33,549 nt of DNA, taken from positions 1 to 33,549 of the forward strand of contig CAZGKK010000002.1 in the NCBI GenBank assembly GCA_964526165.1, read 5' to 3'. The number at the start of each line of letters is the position of its first letter. The first letter of the stretch is position 1. A program made the translations under genes and the position numbers. The DNA comes from an uncultured Candidatus Saccharibacteria bacterium. Lineage in GTDB: Bacteria > Patescibacteriota > Dojkabacteria > SC72. Shown piece after piece: positions 1 through 8,132 of this stretch. The notes under the pieces were generated by a model. The model did no database searches. It was given only the letters and a program-made list of their open reading frames with translations, and was not told the DNA's origin.

Positions 1-21
1 CAACCCAAATGTCAAAAGCAT
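1..21 (-). CDS. 5' end of an unidentified gene running off the left edge (7 codons visible, MLLTFGL...)
   Basis: ATG at 21..19 (minus) is preceded by AAGGAG (32..27) with a 5-nt spacer. A TGTTAGAAT extended -10-like box lies at 77..69 (minus). An in-frame upstream ATG at 102 is also open, so the start is ambiguous. Confidence 0.3.
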
Positions 22-107
22 GCTTTCTCCTTTTTTTCTAATACCGTAAAGAACATGAACAGAGCAGTATTCTAACACAAAAAGAGCTCTCTTTAAAGAC
101 ATATTAA

Positions 108-116
108 TGATATAAT
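108..116 (+). promoter_or_regulatory. Extended -10 box TGATATAAT, 5 nt upstream of the rarA ATG (leaderless-type promoter)
   Basis: TGATATAAT at 108..116, spacer GACGT, ATG at 122. No Shine-Dalgarno sequence lies between them. The identical 9-mer recurs at 7201 and 18111. Confidence 0.55.
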
Positions 117-121
117 GACGT

Positions 122-1333
122 ATGAATCCACATGAACCACTTGCTTCAAAATACAGGCCAAGATCTCTGGATGATTTTGTAGGACAGGAACATTTAGTTG
201 GGGAGAGAGGTCCCATAAGAATGTTTCTTGAAACAGGTAAAATTCCCTCGATGATTTTTTGGGGTCCACCAGGAACAGGAAAAACAACCTTAGCATATAT
301 TCTTTCCCTAAATCTCTACTATGACTTTCACAAAATGCAAGCTGTAAACAGTGGAAAAGATGCCTTAAGAAAGGTAATTAAGGTTGCATTGGACAATCAA
401 CAGTACGGGAAAAAAACAATCCTTTTCTTGGATGAAATACATAGGTGGAACAAAGCACAACAAGATGCACTCCTTCCATATGTTGAGAAAGGAATAATTA
501 CGCTAATAGGAGCAACTACTGAAAATCCATCCTTTACTGTAATATCAGCACTACTCTCAAGAACAAAGGTCTTTGTGTTTAAGCAACAAACTGAAGAAGA
601 TATTGCCAAACTCCTCACAAAGATTTCTAAAAAAGAATATCCTGATGTGAAAATTTCAAAGAAAGTTCTTCAACAGATGGCAAATCTCTCAAATGGAGAT
701 ATCCGTTCTGGTCTAAATATTCTTGAAATGAGTACAACATTGGCATATTCCGAGCGTTCTAAGGAGGGAAAGGCAGAGGTTAAAGAAGAAACATTGCTCG
801 ATACAGTTCAAAAGCCCGTTTACTATGACAAAACTGGCGAAGAACACTACAATATCATCTCTGCTATTCACAAATCTATGAGGTCATCTAATCCTGATGC
901 TGCTTGTTACTGGGTAGGAAGGATGCTGGCCGGAGGTGAAGATCCTCTTTACGTTGCTCGAAGAATGTTGCGGTTTGCAAGTGAGGATATTGGAAATGCT
1001 GATCCTCAAGCATTGATACTAGCTAACTCTATATATGAATCTTGTCAAAAAATTGGTATGCCAGAATGTGAAGTCTTTTTAATGCAATTAGCCATATATC
1101 TTGCTAATGCACCAAAGGACAATACGGCATACGTCGTTGAGGGACAAGTTAAACAGGATATCGAAGAATATGGAAACTTAGCAGTACCATTAAACATACG
1201 TAATGCTGAAACAAAACTAATGAAAGAAATTGGTTATGGGAAAGGCTATGAATATGACCATGAACTCCCAAACAAAAAATCAGATCAACAGTGTATGCCA
1301 GATAAATTAAAAACAAGAAAATACATTCATTAA
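122..1333 (+). CDS. rarA: Replication-associated recombination protein A (RarA/MgsA AAA+ ATPase)
   Basis: 403-aa ORF with N-terminal LASKYRPRSLDDFVGQEHL, Walker A GPPGTGKTT and Walker B LFLDEIH. It has the MgsA-type C-terminal helical domain (YYDKTGEEHYNIISAIHKSMRSSNPDAA). Confidence 0.9.
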   Translation: MNPHEPLASKYRPRSLDDFVGQEHLVGERGPIRMFLETGKIPSMIFWGPPGTGKTTLAYILSLNLYYDFHKMQAVNSGKDALRKVIKVALDNQQYGKKTILFLDEIHRWNKAQQDALLPYVEKGIITLIGATTENPSFTVISALLSRTKVFVFKQQTEEDIAKLLTKISKKEYPDVKISKKVLQQMANLSNGDIRSGLNILEMSTTLAYSERSKEGKAEVKEETLLDTVQKPVYYDKTGEEHYNIISAIHKSMRSSNPDAACYWVGRMLAGGEDPLYVARRMLRFASEDIGNADPQALILANSIYESCQKIGMPECEVFLMQLAIYLANAPKDNTAYVVEGQVKQDIEEYGNLAVPLNIRNAETKLMKEIGYGKGYEYDHELPNKKSDQQCMPDKLKTRKYIH

Positions 1334-1371
1334 TATTTTCCTTTTTGGTGGAAAGTTAAGCAGAATGAATA

Positions 1372-1377
1372 TATAAT
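1372..1377 (+). promoter_or_regulatory. -10 box TATAAT, 6 nt upstream of the tyrS ATG (leaderless-type promoter)
   Basis: TATAAT at 1372..1377, spacer TAGAGT, ATG at 1384, with no SD. Confidence 0.5.
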
Positions 1378-1383
1378 TAGAGT

Positions 1384-2613
1384 ATGGAAATAAAAAAAGA
1401 TTTAGAAATAATTGGAAGAATACTTAACAAAGGAGTAGAGCAGATTTTACCCTCGAAAGAAGCACTTAAAGAGAAACTACTCTCGGGAAAAAGGTTAACA
1501 ATATATCAAGGATTTGATCCAACTGCTCCGACATTGCATATTGGCCATACTGTTGGCATGAGAAAACTAGAAGACTTTAGGAAGTTAGGGCACAGGGTCA
1601 TATTCCTCATAGGAGATTTCACAGCAAGAATCGGTGACCCGTCAGACAAAAAAGAGGCGAGAGATTCTGCAAGAGCAGTTCTTACAAAAGAACAGGTTGA
1701 AGAGAATTTAAAAAAATATGTTGAGCAGGCATCTCATATTATCGATATTCAGAACAAAGAAAATCCCGTTGAAATTAAATACAATAGTGAATGGCATGAC
1801 AAATTAACTTTTTCAGAAGTAATTAACCTCGCTTCCGAATTTACAGTCCAGCAAATGATTAAGAGAAGTATGTACCAACAGAGATTAAAGGAGGACAAAC
1901 CCATATTCCTAAATGAATTCCTTTATCCCCTCATGCAAGGATACGACTCGGTAATGATGGATGTAGATGTAGAAGTAGGTGGGAACGATCAACTCTTCAA
2001 TATGCTTGCTGGCAGAGATATGGTTCTAAATCATCTTAAAAAAGAAAAAATTGTTCTTGCTGGAAAACTTCTTGAAACTTCTGATGGTAGTAAGATGGGA
2101 AAGTCTGAGGGAAATATGGTGCGATTAGATGATACCCCTGAAGATATATTTGGAAAGATAATGTCTTTTGAAGATAGCAAAATTCTTTCCTCATTCGAAA
2201 TTCTAACAAATGCTTCACTTGAACAAATAGAAAAATACAAAATTAGATTAAAAAATGGCGAGAACCCTATAAACCTTAAGAAAGAATTAGCCTTCAGAAT
2301 AACTTCTGAAATTAAATCCCAAGAAGAAGCAGAAAAGGCTCAACTCTTTTTTGAATCAATATTTCAGAAGAAAGACAATGACACAGAAATTCCTTTAAGA
2401 ATAATTCCAAATCAGACGCTTTCACTTCTTGATCTGATATGTGAATGCAAATTTGCCTCAAGTAGGGCAGAAGCAAGAAGATTGGTAGAACAAGGTGCAG
2501 TCAAAATAAACGACGAGAAGAAAAGTTCTTTCAACGAGACAATAGATTTGCAAAACTCCCCATTAATTCTTAGAGTTGGGAGACATATTACAAAAATACA
2601 AATTCAAAAATAA
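1384..2613 (+). CDS. tyrS: Tyrosyl-tRNA synthetase
   Basis: 409-aa ORF with class I HIGH motif (TLHIGH) and a KMSKS-type loop (KMGKS). The C-terminal S4-like RNA-binding domain (ARRLVEQGAVKINDEK) separates TyrRS from TrpRS. Confidence 0.85.
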   Translation: MEIKKDLEIIGRILNKGVEQILPSKEALKEKLLSGKRLTIYQGFDPTAPTLHIGHTVGMRKLEDFRKLGHRVIFLIGDFTARIGDPSDKKEARDSARAVLTKEQVEENLKKYVEQASHIIDIQNKENPVEIKYNSEWHDKLTFSEVINLASEFTVQQMIKRSMYQQRLKEDKPIFLNEFLYPLMQGYDSVMMDVDVEVGGNDQLFNMLAGRDMVLNHLKKEKIVLAGKLLETSDGSKMGKSEGNMVRLDDTPEDIFGKIMSFEDSKILSSFEILTNASLEQIEKYKIRLKNGENPINLKKELAFRITSEIKSQEEAEKAQLFFESIFQKKDNDTEIPLRIIPNQTLSLLDLICECKFASSRAEARRLVEQGAVKINDEKKSSFNETIDLQNSPLILRVGRHITKIQIQK

Positions 2614-4076
2614 TGGAAAAACAAACACCTACTGGTGTATTAAAAAACAGGATTCACTCCCTGGTTTCTTCAAATTTTACGAAGGACTTAAAGAGTGCCA
2701 TCTCATATGCTGAAGATAAATATTATGGGAAGACTCGTTACAATGGAGTGCCAATGATAAACCATGTTCTTGAGATTGCCATTTCTTTACTTAAGGATGG
2801 ATTAGATTACAATACCGCAGTTGCTGCAATTCTACACGAGTTAGTATTAGATACAAACCTTGAGAAAGAAATTAAAACCAAATTTTCTGATGATGTGATG
2901 GATATTCTTAATGGGGTAAAAAAAATAAAAAGAGGAACAGACAGTTTGGATACAAACCCAGATATAATAATCAAATACGTGCTAAATATTTCAAAAGATT
3001 TGCGTCCGGTATACTTAAAAATATACGACACCTTACACGATATCCGCTCTTTTGGAGAAATACCTAAAGAACAACAAAAGAACAAACTCTACAAAGCCTT
3101 AAACATTTACGGAATACTGGCTGAGTATCTTTACTTAGAAGAATTGAAGAAAGAATTAGAGGAAAAAGCCTTTTCGCATTCTTTACAAATCGAATATAAA
3201 AGTATTTCAAAGAAAATGGCTTCGTTAAATATCTCAACAGAGCTCCTTGAGAAATACAGAAAAGAAATACTGTTACGAGTTAAGGAGTCTGGAATTAAAG
3301 CGAGAATTGAAGGAAGAATAAAAAGTAAATACAGTATTTACAAGAAATTGAAAAAATATGAAAAAGAATGGATAGATCCAAATATCCGAAGATTAGATGA
3401 TTTAGTAGCATTTCGAGTTATAACTCAAGACGAAAGTTCCTGCTATGAAATTTTAGAGAAGTTAATGGATAATGGGGCGATGAACGAGGAACGGTTTGAT
3501 GATTACATTTCAAATCCTAAACCAAATGGATACAAAGCAGTTCAATTTCCAATAAAATTTCCTAAAATTTCTGACCTGTATATTGAGATGCAAATTCTTA
3601 CTGAAGAGATGTACAAAGAAAACACCTTTGGAAAGGCTTCACACATAGCATATAAAGCTAGTCAATCAAGATATGCTAAACCAACGAATAAATATGACTG
3701 GGTAAAAAAGATTCAAGATGAAATATCAAGAAGCAAAATTGAAAGTAAAAAGTTAAAAGCTTTCCCTATATTGTGTGATATTTTTGATGATGAAGTTTTT
3801 GTCTTCACCCCAGGTGGAAAGATAATCGCACTAGAAAAAGGGGATACAGTCTTAGATTTTGCTTTCAGATTACATACAGATATTGGTAATAAAGCAGAGA
3901 GTGCAAAAGTAAATGGCTTTCCAGCAAAATTAGCTCAAGAATTATTAACTGGAGATATGGTAGAAATCAGAATTGACAAAAATAAAACACATCAAAAAGA
4001 TGCAACTGTAGAATATGCGAATTCAAGTAGTACTAAAAGTAAAATCAGAAGAAATATTAAACAGGGGGTTAAATAA
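2613..4076 (+). CDS. rel: RelA/SpoT-homolog (p)ppGpp synthetase/hydrolase, short form (HD + synthetase + TGS, no ACT domain)
   Basis: 487-aa ORF whose start overlaps the tyrS stop (TAATG). It has an HD-like region (HVLEIA ... AAILHELVLDT). Synthetase motifs are RIKSKYSIYKKL, DDLVAFRVIT, YISNPKPNGYKAVQF and EMQILTEEM..GKASHIAYK. The TGS domain reads VFVFTPGGKIIALEKGDTVLDFAF. Confidence 0.8.
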   Translation: MEKQTPTGVLKNRIHSLVSSNFTKDLKSAISYAEDKYYGKTRYNGVPMINHVLEIAISLLKDGLDYNTAVAAILHELVLDTNLEKEIKTKFSDDVMDILNGVKKIKRGTDSLDTNPDIIIKYVLNISKDLRPVYLKIYDTLHDIRSFGEIPKEQQKNKLYKALNIYGILAEYLYLEELKKELEEKAFSHSLQIEYKSISKKMASLNISTELLEKYRKEILLRVKESGIKARIEGRIKSKYSIYKKLKKYEKEWIDPNIRRLDDLVAFRVITQDESSCYEILEKLMDNGAMNEERFDDYISNPKPNGYKAVQFPIKFPKISDLYIEMQILTEEMYKENTFGKASHIAYKASQSRYAKPTNKYDWVKKIQDEISRSKIESKKLKAFPILCDIFDDEVFVFTPGGKIIALEKGDTVLDFAFRLHTDIGNKAESAKVNGFPAKLAQELLTGDMVEIRIDKNKTHQKDATVEYANSSSTKSKIRRNIKQGVK

Positions 4077-4091
4077 ATATGAAAAAAGTTA

Positions 4092-4097
4092 TAGAAT
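4092..4097 (+). promoter_or_regulatory. -10-like box TAGAAT, 6 nt upstream of the ATG of a small ORF heading the recG operon
   Basis: TAGAAT at 4092..4097, spacer AGAAAA, ATG at 4104. The geometry matches the other leaderless-type promoters in this window. Confidence 0.4.
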
Positions 4098-4103
4098 AGA
4101 AAA

Positions 4104-4214
4104 ATGAAAAAGAAAACAAGAACAAAGTTTACAAAATTAATAAACATAATCATGGCTATTGTTTTACTTGCAAGTATCGTTGTTCCAATGATTATTGTTT
4201 TAACATCCCTTTAA
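4104..4214 (+). CDS. Small (36 aa) single-pass membrane peptide, MKKKTRTKFTKLINIIMAIVLLASIVVPMIIVLTSL
   Basis: Not in the supplied ORF track (below the size cutoff). It has an ATG start, TAA stop, basic N-terminus and a roughly 20-residue hydrophobic helix. Its stop lies 1 nt before the recG ATG (TAA-A-ATG), and a -10 box sits at leaderless distance. Confidence 0.45.
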   Translation: MKKKTRTKFTKLINIIMAIVLLASIVVPMIIVLTSL

Positions 4215-4215
4215 A

Positions 4216-6207
4216 ATGCTTACTAAAGAGACTGAGATAAGCCAATTAAAAGGAGTTGGTCCTAAGTCAAAATTCCTTTTTGAAAATTTGGGGATAACAA
4301 CCGTTAAGGACCTTCTTACTCACATACCATTTAGGTATCAAGATACATCAAATATAATCTCAATTGCTGAGTTTAAGGAATTAAAAGAGGGTACATTTCT
4401 CGGGGAAATTGAAGATGTAAAAACTACATATTTTAGAAAGAAGATTACTACTGTAAAGGTCAAAGATGATTCGGGAAATCTTAGATTAGTATTTTTCAAC
4501 CAAGCATATCTTCAAAAAACATTTAAAAAAGGTCAAATATATCTTTTTGATGCTAAGATCTCCGAAAAAAATGGAAGAAGGAATATTTACAATCCTAAAT
4601 TTGAAATTTTCAAGGAAGTTAAAGAGAGACAGTTGCATGTTGGAAAGATAGTTGGAATATATCCTGAGACTAAAGGACTTTCTTCTGCAATGTTACGAAG
4701 GAGAATTACTGATTTAAGAGAGGATATAAAAAATATTTTTGAAGACCCTTTAGTAGGCTATTCCCATTCCATGATTACTCTTGAAAAAGCTATAGAAAAA
4801 ATTCACTTTCCAGAAAGTTTTGAGGAAATTGAGGAAGCAAAAAAAAGACTCGCCTTTGACGAGATGTTAAGAATTGGTTTAAAAATTGAAGAAGAGAATC
4901 TAAAGAGAAAAAAAGAGAGGGCTATCTCAATTCCTCTTGATTCGAAAAATATTAATAGTTTTCTAAAATCTCTTCCATATGAGTTAACCTCTGATCAAAA
5001 TAAGGCAATTCAGGAAATTCTAAAAGATTGTTTGAGTACAACACCCATGAATAGGCTTCTCAATGGAGATGTAGGTAGCGGAAAAACTGTCGTAGCCGCA
5101 ATTGCAATTTTGAATTCTATCAAAAATGGGTTTTCAGCTATTTTACTCGCACCAACAACAGTTTTAGCCAAACAACACTTTGATACTTTTGAGAAACTTT
5201 TTAAGAAGTTTGATATAGATATTGAACTTTGTATTTCAACAGAGAAGAATATTTCAGATGCGGAGAATAAGCTAATTATTGGTACACATGCAATATTGTA
5301 TAGTAAGGTACTCCCAAAAGATTTGAATTTGGTAATAATTGATGAGCAGCATAGATTTGGTGTTGAACAAAGAGAATACTTTAAGAAAGAGGGAAAGCGT
5401 ACCCCACATTACCTAACAATGACCGCCACACCTATTCCTAGAAGTCTTACAGAAATATTTTTTGGGGGAATGCATGTATCAGAAATCAGAGAAAAGCCTA
5501 AGGAAAGAATCGAGGTTAAAACATATTTCACCCCAGTCAAAAAAAGATTAGAGTGCTTTGATTGGGTCAAAGAAAAAATCATCTCAAACGGAAGAGAAGA
5601 ACAAGCCTTTTTTATTTATCCACTGATTGAAGAGACTGAGAAATCTACCCGAAAATCAATTCTAAATGAGTTTGAAACTTTGACCAAAATTTTTACTGGC
5701 TTGAATGTCCAGTATTTACATGGGAAATTAAAAGAAGAAGAAAAGAACAAATTATTAGATGATTTCCGAAAAAAGAAAATAGATGTGCTTGTTTCAACTA
5801 CAGTAATTGAAGTAGGAATTGACATTCCCGATGCAACAATCATGGTTATCGAAGATTCTGAACGATTTGGTTTAGCGCAACTTCACCAGCTTAGGGGTAG
5901 AGTAGGAAGAAGTAATAAGGATTCATACTGTTTTGTAATTCCTAGTAATTCAGTAGAAAAAGGTTCTCCCGCAGAAGAGAGACTTTTGTATTTTGCAAAA
6001 CATAGCTCGGGTTTTGAAGTGGCAGAATTTGACTTAAAAAGAAGAGGCCCTGGGGAGGTATACGGAACAAGACAATCTGGAATTCCTAATTTCAAAGTTG
6101 CAAGTATTTACGATACAAAATTACTTAAAGATGCGCGGGTGTTTGCTAAAAAAATTTTAAAGGAAGAGAATGATAAACAACATATTTTAGATAATCTTTT
6201 TTCCTAA
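4216..6207 (+). CDS. recG: ATP-dependent DNA helicase RecG
   Basis: 663-aa ORF with N-terminal wedge region (LKGVGPK...LGITTVKDLL..PFRYQD). Helicase motifs are GDVGSGKT (Walker A), DEQHRFG (DEQH box), TATPIPR and QLRGRVGR. Confidence 0.9.
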   Translation: MLTKETEISQLKGVGPKSKFLFENLGITTVKDLLTHIPFRYQDTSNIISIAEFKELKEGTFLGEIEDVKTTYFRKKITTVKVKDDSGNLRLVFFNQAYLQKTFKKGQIYLFDAKISEKNGRRNIYNPKFEIFKEVKERQLHVGKIVGIYPETKGLSSAMLRRRITDLREDIKNIFEDPLVGYSHSMITLEKAIEKIHFPESFEEIEEAKKRLAFDEMLRIGLKIEEENLKRKKERAISIPLDSKNINSFLKSLPYELTSDQNKAIQEILKDCLSTTPMNRLLNGDVGSGKTVVAAIAILNSIKNGFSAILLAPTTVLAKQHFDTFEKLFKKFDIDIELCISTEKNISDAENKLIIGTHAILYSKVLPKDLNLVIIDEQHRFGVEQREYFKKEGKRTPHYLTMTATPIPRSLTEIFFGGMHVSEIREKPKERIEVKTYFTPVKKRLECFDWVKEKIISNGREEQAFFIYPLIEETEKSTRKSILNEFETLTKIFTGLNVQYLHGKLKEEEKNKLLDDFRKKKIDVLVSTTVIEVGIDIPDATIMVIEDSERFGLAQLHQLRGRVGRSNKDSYCFVIPSNSVEKGSPAEERLLYFAKHSSGFEVAEFDLKRRGPGEVYGTRQSGIPNFKVASIYDTKLLKDARVFAKKILKEENDKQHILDNLFS

Positions 6208-6666
6208 ATGGAGATTCATATCGTATTAGATAATATTCGTTCTGTCTTTAATGTAGGAAGTATCTTCCGTTCCGCAGATGGAGCTGGAAGTGTTAAAAAA
6301 ATTTATCTCTGTGGAATGACAACGAATATTGATAATCCGAAGTTGGAAAAAACAGCCCTTGGTGCTACGGATATGGTCCCTTCTGAGCATTACGATACAA
6401 CTGAGGAGGCGCTTGAAGAGATTAGAGCCGAGCATATACCAATCTATTCTGTTGAACTTACAGATGATGCAGAGGATTTCCAAAAGTTAAAATATCCAGA
6501 AAAAATTGCACTTGTTTTCGGTCATGAAAAAATGGGTGTGGAAGAAGAAATCTTGAAAAATTCGAACAAAAGGATATTTGTCCCAATGCGAGGCAAAAAG
6601 GAATCCCTAAACGTCGCAAATTGTGCCACCACCATCCTCTACGAAGCGACAAGATGTCTGGCCTAG
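6208..6666 (+). CDS. SpoU/TrmH-family RNA 2'-O-methyltransferase (small, single-domain)
   Basis: 152-aa ORF starting directly after the recG stop. SpoU motifs are IVLDNIRSVFNVGSIFRSADGAG, LVFGHEKMGV and IPMRGKKESLNVANCATTILYE. Confidence 0.8.
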   Translation: MEIHIVLDNIRSVFNVGSIFRSADGAGSVKKIYLCGMTTNIDNPKLEKTALGATDMVPSEHYDTTEEALEEIRAEHIPIYSVELTDDAEDFQKLKYPEKIALVFGHEKMGVEEEILKNSNKRIFVPMRGKKESLNVANCATTILYEATRCLA

Positions 6667-7139
6667 GCCTTCCCCTCTTTAATGTTTTTTTCATCTCTTA
6701 TGTATAACCACTTATATTCACCCATGTTTTTTTCTTCGCTCACCATAATCTCAAACGGATTCTGTCTTAGATACGCTTTTACATTCTCTAAATCCCTTAT
6801 CCTTGACAACCTTTTTGCTTGAAAAGGTCCTTGGAACATTCTCCCAACGAGTTTGTATTTCCTATTAAAATACATAACATATGCCGTCATAAAGCTTTGC
6901 ATATAACGTGATACGGCTCTAGGATCCTTACCATTTTTTATTATCAAGTGATAATGATTTTGCATTAAGCAATAACCTATCAATTTCAGATTAGATCCTT
7001 TTAAATAATTGTAAAGAAGGTTAACAAAAACCTCATAATCTTTATCCGTACGAAAAATCTCTTTTTTCCTGTTTCCCCTATTGTATATGTGAAAATATGA
7101 ATTCCTTGTATACAACAGGGAAACCTTTTCTTTTCTCAT
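6663..7139 (-). CDS. IS200/IS605-type Y1 (HUH) transposase-like protein, RAYT-like
   Basis: 158-aa ORF with YHIYNRGN near the N-terminus and an HUH motif in GYCLMQNHYHLII. A candidate catalytic Tyr sits in VKAYLRQNP. The stop overlaps the SpoU stop through a shared CTAG within the palindrome GGCCTAGGCC (6660..6669). Confidence 0.8.
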   Translation of the reverse strand: MRKEKVSLLYTRNSYFHIYNRGNRKKEIFRTDKDYEVFVNLLYNYLKGSNLKLIGYCLMQNHYHLIIKNGKDPRAVSRYMQSFMTAYVMYFNRKYKLVGRMFQGPFQAKRLSRIRDLENVKAYLRQNPFEIMVSEEKNMGEYKWLYIRDEKNIKEGKA

Positions 7140-7145
7140 GCTTTA

Positions 7146-7199
7146 GTCTGACTGAAAAATATGAAATGCTTATGAACAAGGGGCAAACCTAGGTCAGAC
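7146..7199. repeat. 7-bp inverted repeat GTCTGAC ... GTCAGAC between the RAYT-like gene and rsmD
   Basis: GTCTGAC at 7146..7152 and GTCAGAC at 7193..7199. The right arm lies inside a perfect 11-nt palindrome AGGTCAGACCT (7191..7201) that abuts the rsmD -10 box. Confidence 0.4.
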
Positions 7200-7200
7200 C

Positions 7201-7209
7201 TGATATAAT
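7201..7209 (+). promoter_or_regulatory. Extended -10 box TGATATAAT, 5 nt upstream of the rsmD ATG (leaderless-type promoter)
   Basis: TGATATAAT at 7201..7209, spacer AGGGT, ATG at 7215. Confidence 0.55.
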
Positions 7210-7214
7210 AGGGT

Positions 7215-7952
7215 ATGAGTTTAAAACACGATTCATTCAAAAAAGTAAGAAAAGAGAAAAACAAATGGAGGATTGATACTCCTGAGGATTTTGTACAAAT
7301 GGAAGACACCTTTCTTAAAGAAAGGCTACAAAGCAAAGAGCCTACGATTACTACAACTGTAAGAATTACTGCCGGCAAAGCGAAGAACTTTATTCTTGAG
7401 GTACCTAAAGCTACAAGACCGATGACAGACAGAATGAAAGTTCGAGTTTTCGATATTCTTAGAGAAGATATTATGAACAAAACTGTATTGGATCTTTATG
7501 CCGGTGCAGGTTCATTTGGATTTGATGCGTTATCTAGAGGTGCAAAAAAATGTACCTTCATCGATGCTTCTAAGAACGCAAATTTTATTTTAAAAAAGAA
7601 TGCGGCACATACTGGCTTCCTAATAGAATCTGATATTATAAAGGAAAAAGTTGAAGAATATTTATTTAGGATTCTACGTCAAGAAGAGATTCCAACATTC
7701 GATATTATTTTCATGGATCCCCCTTATAAGCTATTCAATACAAAAAAGACTTTTAAAATGGAGAGAATTATTAACATGGCATCCGGATTACTTCCAGGAG
7801 TAAAAAACAAGAAGACTAAAAGGTGGAAAGGAGCCTTTATTCTTAAGCACCCTAAAAGATATGATTTAAACAAAATCAAGATAGAGAATTTAAAATTCGT
7901 TGAGAGTATTAATTTAGGCATAAATGTAATTTCCTTTTTTATCGTTAAGTAA
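7215..7952 (+). CDS. rsmD: RsmD-family 16S rRNA (guanine-N2)-methyltransferase with N-terminal extension and C-terminal insertion
   Basis: 245-aa ORF. RsmD-type motifs are RITAGKAKNFILEVPKATRPMTDRMKVRVFDIL, the SAM site VLDLYAGAGSFGFDALSRGA and the catalytic DIIFMDPPY. About 49 N-terminal residues lack recognisable similarity, so an internal start at 7299 is possible. Confidence 0.7.
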   Translation: MSLKHDSFKKVRKEKNKWRIDTPEDFVQMEDTFLKERLQSKEPTITTTVRITAGKAKNFILEVPKATRPMTDRMKVRVFDILREDIMNKTVLDLYAGAGSFGFDALSRGAKKCTFIDASKNANFILKKNAAHTGFLIESDIIKEKVEEYLFRILRQEEIPTFDIIFMDPPYKLFNTKKTFKMERIINMASGLLPGVKNKKTKRWKGAFILKHPKRYDLNKIKIENLKFVESINLGINVISFFIVK

Positions 7953-7979
7953 CTAATTGCCATTTTTTCAATAAAAACA

Positions 7980-7985
7980 TATAAT
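7980..7985 (+). promoter_or_regulatory. Candidate -10 box TATAAT for the small-peptide transcript
   Basis: TATAAT at 7980..7985, about 48 nt upstream of the SD-led ATG at 8034. Confidence 0.35.
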
Positions 7986-8033
7986 CCTTGGTGTACTTTA
8001 AAAGGTAAGAATCTTGTTAGAAAGGAGTTTAAG

Positions 8034-8132
8034 ATGAGGAAAACCACATTGTTGTTTTTTGTTGTTACAATGCTATCCCTTTTTTATTTTCTCAAATGGA
8101 GGAAGTGGCATGACCAGAAAATCAAGATTTAA
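8034..8132 (+). CDS. Small (32 aa) single-pass membrane peptide, MRKTTLLFFVVTMLSLFYFLKWRKWHDQKIKI
   Basis: Not in the ORF track. AAAGGAG at 8021..8027 lies 6 nt before the ATG. The peptide has a basic N-terminus, a hydrophobic helix and a basic/aromatic tail, and sits in an otherwise empty 506-bp gap. Confidence 0.45.
   Translation: MRKTTLLFFVVTMLSLFYFLKWRKWHDQKIKI

Noticed and set aside
1337-1354. Intrinsic terminator after rarA (TTTCC-N8-GGAAA)
   Set aside because: The stem is only 5 bp and AT-rich, with no downstream U-tract. The tyrS promoter follows immediately.
6663-7214. Intact IS200/IS605 mobile element
   Set aside because: The transposase 3' end overlaps a housekeeping gene, so no element terminus fits on that side. 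No tnpB is present and no second copy occurs in the window. It is treated as a solitary or domesticated RAYT-like gene.
7136-7480. 114-aa minus-strand ORF overlapping the rsmD start region
   Set aside because: It lies antisense to the rsmD N-terminal region and crosses the RAYT/rsmD promoter region. It is hydrophobic and low-complexity, as expected for the shadow frame of a Lys/Glu-rich gene, and has no recognisable motif or start signal.
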